This document shows positions 1 through 9,891 of a stretch of DNA of 64,000 bases, one piece after another (position 1 is the stretch's first letter; each line of letters starts with the position of its first letter). This DNA is from an uncultured Chitinophaga sp. GTDB lineage: Bacteria; Bacteroidota; Bacteroidia; UKL13-3. The DNA lies in NCBI GenBank assembly GCA_964545895.1, contig CAZJHS010000003.1, positions 4,421 through 68,420 on the forward strand, in the 5' to 3' direction. The position numbers and the translations under genes are program-made. Below the pieces are notes generated by a model, which saw only the letters and a program-made list of their open reading frames with translations, did no database searches and had not been told where the DNA came from.

Positions 1-656
1 AATGTATTTTTGTTTGAAGCACGATCGTTTTCGATATCGCGAACATTGTTTGTATTTAAAACACCTGCACTTAAAAAACCAACCGCTGCTGCTGGTAAAA
101 TCATCCAATTATCATGCGGAGTATTCCAATGAAAACCTTGATGCAACACATACACACCCAACACGGCTACTAAACCAAAAAATACAAATACAAACACATC
201 GCCAAAACCGCTGTAGCCGTATGCGCTTTTACCAACTGTGTATTTTATGGCCGCAGCAATAGCAGCTAATCCCAATAAAAAAAACAATAAAAAAGCATAA
301 TTAAGTTGGCCATGCGCAGCAATGTATAGTAGGCATATTCCGCTGGCTAAACTAAGTACCACAAAAACAACTATCATGCGTAACATGGCTTGTGGGGTAA
401 TGTTTCCGCTTTGCAAAGCACGGGTATTACCAAGGCGTTTATCGTTATCAGTTCCTTTTGTAAAATCGCCATAATCGTTGGCAAGGTTACTTAATACTTG
501 TAAAAAAACAGCTGTAAGCAAAGCCAAAAAAGTAATGCTTCGGGTTGATTCTGCCCCGCTTAAATCGGCCAAAGCGCTGCCCATTAAAATACCCGAAACC
601 GCTAATGGCAAGGTGCGCAAACGCATGGCGCTAATCCATGTTTTTAAATTCGACAT
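1..656 (-). CDS. menA: 1,4-dihydroxy-2-naphthoate polyprenyltransferase (UbiA/MenA family), 3' part cut off by window edge
   Basis: Not in the ORF track because it runs off the window. The reverse complement from ATG at 656 reads without stops: MSNLKTWISAMRLRTLPLAVSGILMGSALA...LSNLANDYGDFTKGTDNDKR...GVLNTNNVRDIENDRASNK. It is polytopic and hydrophobic and has the Asp-rich motifs typical of MenA. Confidence 0.8.
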   Translation of the reverse strand, partial: MSNLKTWISAMRLRTLPLAVSGILMGSALADLSGAESTRSITFLALLTAVFLQVLSNLANDYGDFTKGTDNDKRLGNTRALQSGNITPQAMLRMIVVFVVLSLASGICLLYIAAHGQLNYAFLLFFLLGLAAIAAAIKYTVGKSAYGYSGFGDVFVFVFFGLVAVLGVYVLHQGFHWNTPHDNWMILPAAAVGFLSAGVLNTNNVRDIENDRASNKNT

Positions 657-659
657 ATA

Positions 660-1055
660 TTATTGTTGTGGTGTTGCCACCAATTCGTTAAACAATTGTT
701 CTAATTTTAAATCAACATTGGTACAAAAACCTGGGTGTGTTTCGGAGGTTTGAATTACCGTGCTACGCTTAGCTGTTAACCATTTAAAGCGCGATTGCAC
801 ATCAAGCGAAGCAATGGTTCCGGGTTGATTGTTGCCTATACATATTTGCTCAAACGCTTGTAAATGCTGTTCAATATCATGCACATCAGCCCAAGGAAAA
901 GCCTGCAAAATGCGTTGCTCATTAAACCCAAATTTGACTTTTAGGTATTTACTTTTTTTGCAAAACAATACCACACCTACATTCAAACATTCGCCACGTT
1001 CAACCCTTGGTATTATTTTAACAATGGCATACTCAAATAAGTTTTTCTCTTGCAT
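660..1055 (-). CDS. DUF3037-like small protein
   Basis: 131-aa ORF. The N-terminus (EYAIVKIIPRVERGECLNVGVVLFC) matches my recollection of the DUF3037 family. It ends 3 nt before the menA start and overlaps the upstream kinase gene by 23 nt. Confidence 0.65.
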   Translation of the reverse strand: MQEKNLFEYAIVKIIPRVERGECLNVGVVLFCKKSKYLKVKFGFNEQRILQAFPWADVHDIEQHLQAFEQICIGNNQPGTIASLDVQSRFKWLTAKRSTVIQTSETHPGFCTNVDLKLEQLFNELVATPQQ

Positions 1056-1830
1056 GTATGGCTTCGTTTAAAAAGGTTGAACAATGAGCTAAACGGGTGG
1101 TTAAAAATTGTTGGTATACCTCTCGAACTTCCTTTGCCGGTAAACCAACATTGGTGTTACTAAGCCAAGTTTCGGGTAGGTTGTTTACTACATTTTGTAT
1201 CACTGCAGGAGTAATGCGGGTAAGCATTTCATCATGCACATTTTTTAGGGTTGATGCTGTGGGCAACAACACATGGTCTTTAATTAAGGTAAATGGTTTG
1301 ATGGCTTGCTCTTGCCAGTTATCCCAAGTATGATGAAAGTATAAAGATGCCCCATGATCTATCAGCCACAACTGTTTGTTCCAAGTAAGCATATTGGTGT
1401 TTTTAACCGTACGGTCTACGTTGGTTAAAAAGGCATCTAACCAAACAATTTTAGACGCTAAATCGGCATCTAATTTTGTAACCAAAGCATCGTAAGTAAT
1501 AGAACCAGAAAGGTAATGCACACCTAAATTTAAACCCACACTAGCTTTTAATAAGTCTTGTATTTCTTCATCAGGTTCGGTACGTCCAAAGGCTTCATCT
1601 AAAGTTGCAAAAACCAACTCGGGCGTATTTAATCCAGCAGCACGAGCCAACTCGCCACCAATAAAATCGGCAATTAACGCTTTTACTCCTTGACCCGCCC
1701 CTCTAAATTTTATTACATACATAAAACCATCATCAGCCTCGGCCAGCGCAGGCATAGAGCCACCTTCGCGCAGCGGTGTAATGTACCGCATAATGTTTAC
1801 ATGCCTTATATCTTGTGTTGCAGTAGTCAT
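1033..1830 (-). CDS. HipA-like (small HipA_2-type) serine/threonine kinase family protein
   Basis: 265-aa ORF with a Gly-rich FRGAGQG segment, a catalytic-loop-like NVDRTVKNTNML and a LIDHGAS (DxG-like) motif. Confidence 0.6.
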   Translation of the reverse strand: MTTATQDIRHVNIMRYITPLREGGSMPALAEADDGFMYVIKFRGAGQGVKALIADFIGGELARAAGLNTPELVFATLDEAFGRTEPDEEIQDLLKASVGLNLGVHYLSGSITYDALVTKLDADLASKIVWLDAFLTNVDRTVKNTNMLTWNKQLWLIDHGASLYFHHTWDNWQEQAIKPFTLIKDHVLLPTASTLKNVHDEMLTRITPAVIQNVVNNLPETWLSNTNVGLPAKEVREVYQQFLTTRLAHCSTFLNEAIHAREKLI

Positions 1831-2204
1831 TGCTTAAAATAATTGTCAAAAGTAAGTAATGCAATCATTACAACAATAGCTTTTGATGAACGTGTTCTTA
1901 TTAACCACAAGGTGCACTAAGTTTTTTCACAAGGTACAAAAGGAGCAGTCTTGCGCTAAAATACAAAGCATTACAAAAGCGACCGGTGTGCATGCATGAG
2001 ATAAAAACTATGCTGTGAAGACTGTATGCATCAATTTCGCTGTGTCCTTTGTGCTTCCGAGGCTTCAGGACTTTGTGAACTTTGTGGTTATCTAATCTTT
2101 TACAAAACCAACTCAACATTCATCACTCATCATTCATAACTTTTAACCTTTAAAATAACCTTCACACAACAAAAAACTTGTTGTATTTTCGCCACCTATA
2201 ATAC

Positions 2205-3395
2205 ATGGCAAAGAACAACACTATACACGATACGCATAAAAAACAAGAAACTGCTGTGCTAGTGGGTGTAGTAACCCAACAACAAAAAATAGAACAAGCA
2301 GAGGAATATCTTGACGAGTTATCTTTTTTAACCTTAACCGCTGGAGCGCGTGTGGTAAAACGCTTTTTACAGCGCTTAACCAAACCACACTCGGGTACAT
2401 TTGTGGGCGAAGGAAAATTGGAAGAGATAGCCAATTACGTGCGAGAGCATGAGATTGATATGGTTATTTTTGATGATGAATTAAGTCCATCGCAAATACG
2501 TAACTTAGAGCAATCTATTAAATGTAAAATACTAGATCGCAGCAATTTAATATTGGATATTTTTGCTACCCGTGCACGTACAGCACAAGCAAAAATGCAG
2601 GTTGAGTTAGCGCAAGCGCAATACTTATTGCCACGCCTTACGCGCATGTGGAGCCATTTAAGCAAACATGCTGGTGGTATTGGAACACGCGGACCAGGTG
2701 AGAGTGAAATTGAAACCGATAGACGTGTAATTAGAGAAACCATTGGCAAGTACAAGGCACGCTTAAAGGAAATTGAACAACAAGCAGAAACGCGTAGAAA
2801 AAATCGTGATGATAAAGTTAGGTTAACTTTGGTAGGCTATACCAACGTGGGCAAATCAACCATACTTAACATGTTAAACAAAAGCGAAGCGGTGCTTGCC
2901 GAAGACAAACTTTTTGCTACGCTTGATAGTACTGTGCGCAAAGTAGTTATTGATGGTATTCCTTTTCTGTTAACCGATACCGTTGGATTTATTCGCAAGC
3001 TCCCACATCAATTAATTGAGTGTTTTAAAAGCACTTTAGATGAAATTACGGAGGCCGATGTATTGGTACATGTGGTGGATGTTTCGCACCCCAATTTTGA
3101 AGAGCAAATTGCGGTAGTAAACAAAACTTTAGAAGAAATTAAAGCCAATAACAAACCTATTTTATTGGTGTTTAATAAAATTGATAAACTACAAGAACCG
3201 CTTAGATTGCCTGATGAAATAGAAGAAGGCGAAGAAGATATTCCTTACATTGATCGTTTAAAAAACACTTGGATGGCCAAAGAAAATTCGCCTGTAATTT
3301 TCATCTCGGCCGAAAAACAAACCAATGTAGCCGAACTAAAATCGGCCATTTTGGAGTTAGTTAAGCAACACAACAAGGTTTCGTACTTTAAATAG
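2205..3395 (+). CDS. hflX: GTPase HflX
   Basis: 396 aa. It has the HflX N-domain (DELSPSQIRNLE, ILDIFATRA) and G motifs GYTNVGKST, DTVGF and NKID. Confidence 0.95.
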   Translation: MAKNNTIHDTHKKQETAVLVGVVTQQQKIEQAEEYLDELSFLTLTAGARVVKRFLQRLTKPHSGTFVGEGKLEEIANYVREHEIDMVIFDDELSPSQIRNLEQSIKCKILDRSNLILDIFATRARTAQAKMQVELAQAQYLLPRLTRMWSHLSKHAGGIGTRGPGESEIETDRRVIRETIGKYKARLKEIEQQAETRRKNRDDKVRLTLVGYTNVGKSTILNMLNKSEAVLAEDKLFATLDSTVRKVVIDGIPFLLTDTVGFIRKLPHQLIECFKSTLDEITEADVLVHVVDVSHPNFEEQIAVVNKTLEEIKANNKPILLVFNKIDKLQEPLRLPDEIEEGEEDIPYIDRLKNTWMAKENSPVIFISAEKQTNVAELKSAILELVKQHNKVSYFK

Positions 3396-3548
3396 TTTAA
3401 CTGCTATTAAACAAGTGCGGTGTTTTTAATTGCACAACAAGTAATTAAGCTCACTATCAATACGTAAGCAATAAGCTTGTAAACATTAGTTAAAGACACG
3501 TTTTTTTATATTTTTGCATCATACAAAACCAAAATCATTTATACCAAA

Positions 3549-5561
3549 ATGAATAAACATACAGTAACACTAGGTGTTTTAACATTAGTTACTTCATTAA
3601 CGTTTGCCCAAAAGCCGGGAGTAAAAGCAAAGCCGGGCACCGCTAAGCCCGTTGCTGCATCAACCCAAAATACCAACCCTATGGTATTTACCTATGGTAA
3701 CGATACCGTGTACAAAGCCGAGTTTGAGCGCTTGTTAACTAAAAACAGGAACCAAAAAGAAACGCCAACCGAAGCTAGTGTACGTGAGTATTTAGAGTTA
3801 TACGAAAACTTTAAAATGAAAGTAAGCGAAGCAAAGCTTATGCAGCTTGATACGTTTACTTCGTTTAAAACAGAACTTGCCGGATACCGCAAACAATTAG
3901 CAAACCCTTATTTGACCGATAAAAAAGCTACCGAAGGCTTAGTTAAAGAAGCATACCAACACATGCTTACCGAAATTAATGCTAGCCATATTTTAATTAA
4001 CTGCAATGCAAATGCTCGTCCGGCTGATACTTTAGCTGCTTACAACAAAGCATTAGAGTTGCGCAAGCGTTACATAAAAGGCGAAAGTTTTGATTCGTTA
4101 GCTGCTAAAAACTCTGATGATCCATCGGCTATTAGCAACTACGGAAACTTAGGTTGGTTTGCTGCTTTTGATATGATTTATCCATTTGAAAAAATGGCTT
4201 ACAACACACCAAAAGGTCAAGTATCAATGCCGTTTAGAACCCAGTATGGATACCACATTTTAAAAGTAAACAATACGCGTGCAGCACGTGGCGAGGTAAA
4301 AGTACAACACATTATGCGCAGCACTGGTGCAAGTGCAAGTGCCGAAACAGTAGCCGAGCAACGTTTGGTTATTGATAGCGTGTACAACTTAGCGCAAAAT
4401 AAGCTTATTCAGTTTGATGATTTAGTGGCGCAATACAGCCAAGACGAAGGCAGCAAACCTAACAAGGGTATGATGAACTGGTTTTCGAGCGGAAGCCGTT
4501 TTCCAGAGGAGTTTAAAGAAGCTGCATTCGCATTAAAAGAGAAAGGTGACGTTTCTAAAATTTTTACTACTCAATATGGATTTCATATTATTAAGTTAAT
4601 TGATATGCGCCCAGTTGGCTCACTTAAAGAAGTTGAAGAAACTTTAAAAACAAAAGTATCTCGCGATTCGCGTGCTGAAAGTAGCCGTGCTAGCGTGGTA
4701 CAACGTATTAAAAAAGAAAACAACTTTAAAGAGCAAAAAGTAAACGTAACAGCCTTTGCAAATGCATGCGATAGCAGCATGTTTATGGACGGTTACACCG
4801 TTGATGCACAAAAATTTGGTAAACGTACTTTGTTTAGCATTGGCAATAAAACTTACACCGATTTAGATGTAGCAAATTACATTGCCGAAACCCACGATAC
4901 ATACGAGCCAGGCCAATCAGTGTTTATGTTGGTTAATGGGGTGTACAACAGATTTGTGGATGAAAAAGCGTTAGCATACGAAGAGGCCCAATTGGAAACC
5001 AAATACGAAGATTTCCGCAACCTAATGCAAGAGTATCATGATGGTATTTTATTGTTTGATTTAACCGATAAAAAAGTTTGGAATAAAGCAGTAATTGATA
5101 CCGTTGGTTTAGAGAAATTTCATGAAGCCAACAAAACTAAATACATGTGGAAAGACCGCGTAAAAGTTTTAACCTTTAACTGCCTTGATTTAAAAACCAA
5201 AACAGCTGCAATGAAAATGGCTGCTGCTGGCAAATCGGTTGAAGAAATAAAAGCAAAATTGGCTAAAAAAATTACGGGTGCAGTAGTTGTAACCGAGCAA
5301 AAAGCTGAGCGTGGCGAAAACCCATCAACCGATAAACTTTACGATAAAAAAGGAGTGATTGATATACCTAACGAGAACAACCAATTTAAGTTTTACTTTG
5401 TGGTAGGTATAGTTGGCCCCGAGCCTAAAACTTTAAAAGAAGCCAAAGGATTAGCTACCAGCGATTACCAAAACTACTTAGAAAAAGAGTGGATTAAAGA
5501 ATTGCGTGCTAAATACCCAGTTACTGTAAACGAAGAGGTTGTAAAAACCTTATTTAAATAA
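3549..5561 (+). CDS. Periplasmic PpiC-type peptidyl-prolyl isomerase (PpiD/SurA-like)
   Basis: 670 aa with a signal peptide. It has two parvulin signatures (ASHILI...YGYHILKV and YGFHIIKLID). Confidence 0.85.
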   Translation: MNKHTVTLGVLTLVTSLTFAQKPGVKAKPGTAKPVAASTQNTNPMVFTYGNDTVYKAEFERLLTKNRNQKETPTEASVREYLELYENFKMKVSEAKLMQLDTFTSFKTELAGYRKQLANPYLTDKKATEGLVKEAYQHMLTEINASHILINCNANARPADTLAAYNKALELRKRYIKGESFDSLAAKNSDDPSAISNYGNLGWFAAFDMIYPFEKMAYNTPKGQVSMPFRTQYGYHILKVNNTRAARGEVKVQHIMRSTGASASAETVAEQRLVIDSVYNLAQNKLIQFDDLVAQYSQDEGSKPNKGMMNWFSSGSRFPEEFKEAAFALKEKGDVSKIFTTQYGFHIIKLIDMRPVGSLKEVEETLKTKVSRDSRAESSRASVVQRIKKENNFKEQKVNVTAFANACDSSMFMDGYTVDAQKFGKRTLFSIGNKTYTDLDVANYIAETHDTYEPGQSVFMLVNGVYNRFVDEKALAYEEAQLETKYEDFRNLMQEYHDGILLFDLTDKKVWNKAVIDTVGLEKFHEANKTKYMWKDRVKVLTFNCLDLKTKTAAMKMAAAGKSVEEIKAKLAKKITGAVVVTEQKAERGENPSTDKLYDKKGVIDIPNENNQFKFYFVVGIVGPEPKTLKEAKGLATSDYQNYLEKEWIKELRAKYPVTVNEEVVKTLFK

Positions 5562-5584
5562 GTAACTACACGTTACATAAAGAG

Positions 5585-5618
5585 ACCGAAAAAAGCCGCA
5601 AATGCGGCTTTTTTCGGT
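5585..5618 (+). terminator. Rho-independent terminator
   Basis: Hairpin accgaaaaaagccgc-aaa-gcggcttttttcggt directly after the stop at 5561. Confidence 0.7.
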
Positions 5619-5722
5619 TAAAAATTGTAAGTGTTTTATTTATAACGATATTGAAATCTATCTAAAAATATGCTGCCAACATATCCGACCGATTTATGGG
5701 CCATGTAAATTAAAATAGAAAC

Positions 5723-7366
5723 ATGAAATCAAAACAACTAATTTTCATACTACTATCTATAATAACGCTTTGTCAATATTCATTTTCCCAAGACAGGACG
5801 AAGAGTAAAGTTTCTACACTTGTAGTTAAATCACTTGACCAATTAGAGTTTCCTTTAATTAAAAATCAACGCATACAGGCAAAGTTGTTTCGTGTTTTTC
5901 CAACTTCCGATACCACTTCAACAATTGGATATTATGATTACAACACAACAAATTTGTTTTTACAGCAAGTATCACATAAGGGTTACATCATAAAAACCGA
6001 TACTATTAATATCACTAACTTTAAACACAAAACAGGTTATAAAAATTTATTGTCTTATACGCTCATCAATACTGATAGTATTCTGTTATTCTTTAATCCT
6101 GCCTACGGTAACAAATATTACACTCATGACAGTGCACTATATTTAGTCAATCACAAGTCAAATCTTATTAAAATTATTTCAATGAATGATGTAAATGTAT
6201 CAACTTGGAATAAGGTTAAAGAAAATGATTTTTCTGTTGAAAAAAACCACCTATCAAACCCTTACTTCCTTGATTATAGGTATTCTACATTAACATACAA
6301 TGCTAAAAAAAGAGAAATATTTATAAACCTAAAAGCGTTCTCTGACACAAAAGCGAATTCGAATATCGCATCATCAATTATTGGCTTCTTGAATATTGAT
6401 TCTGAAAAATTCTCTATTGCTGACAAATCCTATTTCAGTTCATTAAACTATCCAAGCAACCTAATTCAAACAAGACATGTTGCACGATATGATGAAGATT
6501 TTTTTCTCACTGGATACGGTTTTACAAATAGATTTAACTGCTATTCTACTTCAAAAAATCAATTTATTAGGTCTGTTGATGTAGCAGCAGCATTTCTTGA
6601 TTCTATTAAACCTTTTACTGTAGAACAAAAAACTGGCGATAATTTTTCAGAAGGACAATTTCAACGAATACTTTATCATCCTCGATTAAAAAAATACATA
6701 AATGTATATCAAACCAAGGCTAAAAATGATAATTCTGAATATGATAATAAAATCATCATGCAATATATTGATAGTAGCTTTATTGTATTAGGAGAAATGA
6801 AAGTACCATCAAAATACTGGGAAAATTTTCAACCATTTGGTTCTAACTTTTTGGTGTTTGATGAGGCGACTTCAATAGATAGGAATAAATTAGTTTTTGA
6901 TATTGTTGATTTTAATTTTGATAGTAGTGTCCAAGAATTCAATAAAGAAAACATTGAAGATTTAACAGGAGAAACCCCAGAAAATTCGTTTAAAAAACTT
7001 ATTTCAGACGTAACGCAGAAACAATATCGAGAATTTGTATTTATTAATTATGAACGTTCATGCAAAACATGTATCACCTACTTAAATGATTACCTTAAAA
7101 CCAACTACCATTGGCTTAAAAACACTAATGTCGCCTTTATGATAGTTTCTTCAAGCAAGGAACAGGTAATACAAAACATAGGTGATGCGCATCAAATGGA
7201 TAATTTATTCATTTTAACTCCGATATATTATAAAAAATATCTGCCAGAATTAACTCACTTTAAGCATGTTGTTATGAAATCAGGTGGTAGTATATCTATT
7301 GAACAGTTTCAACCGTCAAATATGCATGTACTTTATAATAAGATTAATAAGCATCGTAAAAAGTAG
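5723..7366 (+). CDS. Secreted hypothetical protein with a C-terminal thioredoxin-like CxxC segment
   Basis: 547 aa with a signal peptide (LCQYSFSQ). It is N/K/Y/F-rich and AT-rich by eye. The C-terminal segment is FVFINYERSCKTCITYLNDYL. I recognise no family with confidence. Confidence 0.7.
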   Translation: MKSKQLIFILLSIITLCQYSFSQDRTKSKVSTLVVKSLDQLEFPLIKNQRIQAKLFRVFPTSDTTSTIGYYDYNTTNLFLQQVSHKGYIIKTDTINITNFKHKTGYKNLLSYTLINTDSILLFFNPAYGNKYYTHDSALYLVNHKSNLIKIISMNDVNVSTWNKVKENDFSVEKNHLSNPYFLDYRYSTLTYNAKKREIFINLKAFSDTKANSNIASSIIGFLNIDSEKFSIADKSYFSSLNYPSNLIQTRHVARYDEDFFLTGYGFTNRFNCYSTSKNQFIRSVDVAAAFLDSIKPFTVEQKTGDNFSEGQFQRILYHPRLKKYINVYQTKAKNDNSEYDNKIIMQYIDSSFIVLGEMKVPSKYWENFQPFGSNFLVFDEATSIDRNKLVFDIVDFNFDSSVQEFNKENIEDLTGETPENSFKKLISDVTQKQYREFVFINYERSCKTCITYLNDYLKTNYHWLKNTNVAFMIVSSSKEQVIQNIGDAHQMDNLFILTPIYYKKYLPELTHFKHVVMKSGGSISIEQFQPSNMHVLYNKINKHRKK

Positions 7367-7387
7367 ACATCAACGAATAAGTGATTA

Positions 7388-7428
7388 AAACCGGCCGCCT
7401 TGAGTTAAACCTCGGGGCGGCCGTTTTG
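7388..7428 (+). terminator. Rho-independent terminator
   Basis: Stem cggccgcc / ggcggccg followed by tttt, 22 nt after the stop at 7366. Confidence 0.6.
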
Positions 7429-7542
7429 CTTTATAAAACTAAATTTCGCTAATTGCGCAAGGCCCATTATATTTACGGCTTAAAGTATAGGCTTGGTGTA
7501 CTATCAAGCTACCTATTTTCGTTTTAGTATTATTATTTTTTA

Positions 7543-8907
7543 ATGAAACAGTTTTTAGCACTTGTTGTAGTAGGCTTAGTAATGTGCTTAGGCACAAATA
7601 CCATGGCACAAGGTCAATTAATTGATGAAATTGCCGCTGTAGTTGGCGAAAACATCATTATGCAATCTGAAATTGAAGTGGAGTTTTTTCAGCTTCAGAA
7701 AGAAATTGGCCAATTAAACGATAGTGCCAAATGCGCTATACTTCGCCAAAAAATTGTAGAACGTATGATGCTTACCCAAGCACAATGGGATAGTTTACCA
7801 CAAAACGATGAGCGGGTAGATATGGAATTGGAAAAGCGTGTAAAATACTTTGCATCGCAGTTTCAGGGTGGCGAAAAGGAAATGGAAAAATACTACGGTA
7901 AAACCGTAGCCGAGATAAAAGCCAGCAACCGAGATAAAATTAAACAAAGCTTATTGGTGCAAGAAATGCAAGGCAAAATTTTACGTGAGGTAAAAGTATC
8001 GCCAACTGATATCAAGAAATTTTACAACGAATTAGATAAGCTTGATAGCCTGCCATACTACAGTGCCGAAGTAGAGTTGGCACAACTTGTAATGACTCCT
8101 AAAGTAAGCAAAGAGGCTAAGCAAATTGCGCTCGAAAAAATTACAGAATTACGTGCACGTATTATGCGTGGCGATAATTTTGGTACCCTTGCTCTTATTT
8201 ACAGCGATGATAAAGGTTCGGCCCAAAACCGCGGTGAGCTTGGTTTTTTTGGTCGTGGTGATATGGTACCCGAGTTTGAAGCAGCCGCTTTTAAGTTAAG
8301 ACCTGATAGCATTTCAAAAATTATTGAAACCAAATATGGCTACCATATTTTGCAGTTAATTGATCGTAAAGGCGAGAACATTAACATCCGCCATATATTA
8401 ATTAAACCACAAATTTTCCGCACGGATATTGCCCGTACCAAAGAGATTATGGACAGTGTACTTTGGTTAGTAAAAATAGACTCGTTAACATTTGAGCAAG
8501 CTGCACAAAAGTTTAGCGATGATGAAAACACCAAAGCAAACGGTGGCTTTATTACTGATGGAAATATTGGATCAACCAAAATACCATTGGACGAATTGCC
8601 TAAAGATATTTATTACACCATTGAAAAATTAGAGCCAGGCCAAACCACCGAGCCTGATTTAATGACCTTGCCTACACCCGATAAACAACAAGCTTGGCGC
8701 GTATTTTACTTAAAATCGCAAAGTGCACCACACCGTGCAAACATGCGCGATGATTATCAAAAATTACAAGCACTAACCTTACAACGTAAGCAAATGTTAG
8801 CCATGCAAAACTGGATTGCCAAACACAAGGATTTATACTTTATACAAATTAGTGATACCTACAAAAACTGCAACAATATTCAAGAGTTTTTAAAGAAAAG
8901 TAACTAA
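7543..8907 (+). CDS. SurA-like peptidyl-prolyl isomerase/chaperone
   Basis: 454 aa with a signal peptide. It has a SurA-N-like region and two parvulin domains (KYGYHILQLID, then IRHILIKP...). Confidence 0.85.
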   Translation: MKQFLALVVVGLVMCLGTNTMAQGQLIDEIAAVVGENIIMQSEIEVEFFQLQKEIGQLNDSAKCAILRQKIVERMMLTQAQWDSLPQNDERVDMELEKRVKYFASQFQGGEKEMEKYYGKTVAEIKASNRDKIKQSLLVQEMQGKILREVKVSPTDIKKFYNELDKLDSLPYYSAEVELAQLVMTPKVSKEAKQIALEKITELRARIMRGDNFGTLALIYSDDKGSAQNRGELGFFGRGDMVPEFEAAAFKLRPDSISKIIETKYGYHILQLIDRKGENINIRHILIKPQIFRTDIARTKEIMDSVLWLVKIDSLTFEQAAQKFSDDENTKANGGFITDGNIGSTKIPLDELPKDIYYTIEKLEPGQTTEPDLMTLPTPDKQQAWRVFYLKSQSAPHRANMRDDYQKLQALTLQRKQMLAMQNWIAKHKDLYFIQISDTYKNCNNIQEFLKKSN

Positions 8908-8913
8908 GCCCAC

Positions 8914-9882
8914 ATGAGCATAACTTATACTAATGATGTAGAAGCAGCAAATGCTTTACATAGCAAATACAAAGAACTTAAGGCAGAAATTGGTAAAGTA
9001 ATTATTGGACAGCACGAAGTAGTTGATGCTGTTTTAATGTCGATTTTTGCTAACGGACATACCTTATTAGTAGGTGTACCTGGCTTGGCTAAAACCTTGT
9101 TGGTACGCACCATTGCCGAGGTACTTGATTTAAACTTTAGCCGCATACAGTTTACACCAGATTTAATGCCGAGTGATATTACTGGTAGCGAAATTTTAAA
9201 CGATAAACGCGAGTTTAGTTTTGTACGCGGACCCTTATTTGCCAATATTGTATTGGCCGATGAGATTAATCGTACACCACCTAAAACACAAGCAGCTTTG
9301 CTCGAGGCCATGCAAGAACGTAACGTTACCGTAAATGGTAAACTGCATAAATTAGAGCAACCATTTTTTGTATTGGCTACACAAAACCCAATTGAGCAAG
9401 AAGGTACCTATCCGTTGCCAGAGGCGCAGCTCGATCGTTTTATGTTTAATGTAATACTTGGTTACCCTACTTTAGAAGAGGAATTACAAGTAATAAAAAA
9501 CACTACTGGAAATAGCACCGCACAGCTTAATAAAATTTTACATGCACAAGATATTTTAGCATTTCAACAATTGGTGCGTAAAGTACCAGTAGCCGATAAT
9601 GTGTTAGAGTATGCAGTAAAATTAGTTGCAAAAACACGCCCAAACACTACCCTAGCAACAGCTAAAGTAAACGAGTACATTAGTTTTGGTGCAGGCCCAC
9701 GTGCTGGGCAGTTTTTAGTTATGGGAGCCAAATGCCATGCCTTAATAAATGGCAAATACAGCCCCGATATAGACGATGTAAAAGCTGTAGCTTACGATGT
9801 ATTGCGCCACCGTGTAGTAAAAAACTACAAGGCCGAGGCCGAAGGCATAAGCATTGAACAAATTATTGATGGCTTGATGTAA
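8914..9882 (+). CDS. MoxR-family AAA+ ATPase
   Basis: 322 aa. It has Walker A GVPGLAKT, Walker B VLADEINR and the typical FFVLATQNPIEQEGTYPLPEAQLDRF. Confidence 0.9.
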   Translation: MSITYTNDVEAANALHSKYKELKAEIGKVIIGQHEVVDAVLMSIFANGHTLLVGVPGLAKTLLVRTIAEVLDLNFSRIQFTPDLMPSDITGSEILNDKREFSFVRGPLFANIVLADEINRTPPKTQAALLEAMQERNVTVNGKLHKLEQPFFVLATQNPIEQEGTYPLPEAQLDRFMFNVILGYPTLEEELQVIKNTTGNSTAQLNKILHAQDILAFQQLVRKVPVADNVLEYAVKLVAKTRPNTTLATAKVNEYISFGAGPRAGQFLVMGAKCHALINGKYSPDIDDVKAVAYDVLRHRVVKNYKAEAEGISIEQIIDGLM

Positions 9883-9891
9883 TAACAGCAC

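Noticed and set aside
2-753. Plus-strand ORFs 2-262 and 478-753 from the ORF track
   Set aside because: They lie antisense to a continuous minus-strand reading frame with clear MenA/UbiA motifs. Their translations are low-complexity and have no recognisable features.
1901-2119. 72-aa minus-strand ORF (HKVHKVLKPRKHKGH...)
   Set aside because: The K/H-rich sequence is what the CTTTGTG repeats encode on the other strand. It has no start context and does not look like a protein. I treat it as non-coding.
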